Source of the DNA: Clostridia bacterium
GTDB taxonomy: Bacteria > Bacillota > Clostridia > Oscillospirales > Acutalibacteraceae
Assembly (NCBI GenBank): GCA_017461235.1
Contig: JAFTYU010000009.1
Span: 8,177 to 72,176 of the forward strand
Reading direction: 5' to 3'
DNA: 64,000 nt
Part shown: piece after piece, positions 63,906-64,000 of the stretch
Layout of the letters: each line of letters starts with the position of its first letter
Numbering within the stretch: the first letter of the stretch is position 1
Notes under the pieces: model-generated
Database searches by the model: none
Told to the model about the DNA's origin: nothing
The model's input: the letters and a program-made list of their open reading frames with translations, nothing else
Translations under genes and position numbers: made by a program

Positions 63906-63943
63906 AGAACTCACAATGCTCTCGCATTGTGAGTTCTTTTTTA
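63906..63943 (+). terminator. rho-independent terminator
   Basis: 14-bp stem AGAACTCACAATGC / GCATTGTGAGTTCT followed by TTTTTT. Confidence 0.9.
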
Positions 63944-64000
63944 TAAAAGGTATGTCAGTTATAATTAATGGCGACCATAAGGAGCATTATGACTGCGGAG

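Overview
This is a chromosomal segment from a low-GC, spore-forming Clostridia-type Firmicute. It looks Ruminococcus/Oscillospiraceae-like, judged from a dockerin-bearing enzyme, spoIID, darA-holB-ricT, mreBCD-PBP2 and soj-spo0J-serS-rlmB. Layout: (i) 1-14.5 kb, all minus strand, is a roughly 15-gene surface-glycopolymer locus. It encodes a priming phosphoglycosyl transferase, an aldo/keto reductase, a split transketolase, GT2/GT4 transferases, an EpsG/Wzy-like protein, a Stealth hexose-1-P transferase, a Wzm/Wzt-type ABC exporter and the start of a pyruvyl-transferase-like gene. (ii) 14.5-46 kb is mostly housekeeping: spoIID, citrate synthase, darA-holB-ricT, ferredoxin, a Zn-type ABC importer, mreBCD-PBP2-MinD-like, a TPP riboswitch with thiT, birA, a dockerin hydrolase and a GH3 enzyme. 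(iii) 46.1-52.6 kb is an accessory-looking patch between the GH3 gene and tRNA-Thr(GGU). It holds a small XRE switch, an ORF-poor structured gap, a secreted lipase-like protein, a secreted EndA-type nuclease, a membrane protein sharing a Cys/His module with that nuclease, and a four-helix-bundle (23S-IVS/Avd-like) gene. (iv) 52.7-64 kb is housekeeping: rsmE, rsmF-like, soj, spo0J, serS, rlmB, a degenerate P-type-ATPase-like protein, an oxidoreductase and a surface protein. I saw no rRNA, CRISPR array, transposase, integrase or recognisable defence-system enzyme. I cannot name a complete new system with confidence. The observations most worth a second look are: the cis-element-rich 46-52.5 kb patch, with a repeated terminator-containing leader, a recurrent operator motif, a long strand-specific leader hairpin and a 320-nt non-coding gap; the 182-bp tandem repeat carrying three terminators after the ferredoxin gene; the split transketolase plus AKR inside the glycan locus; and the catalytically dead P-type ATPase homologue. 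All function calls come from reading motifs in the supplied translations. No database search was run.
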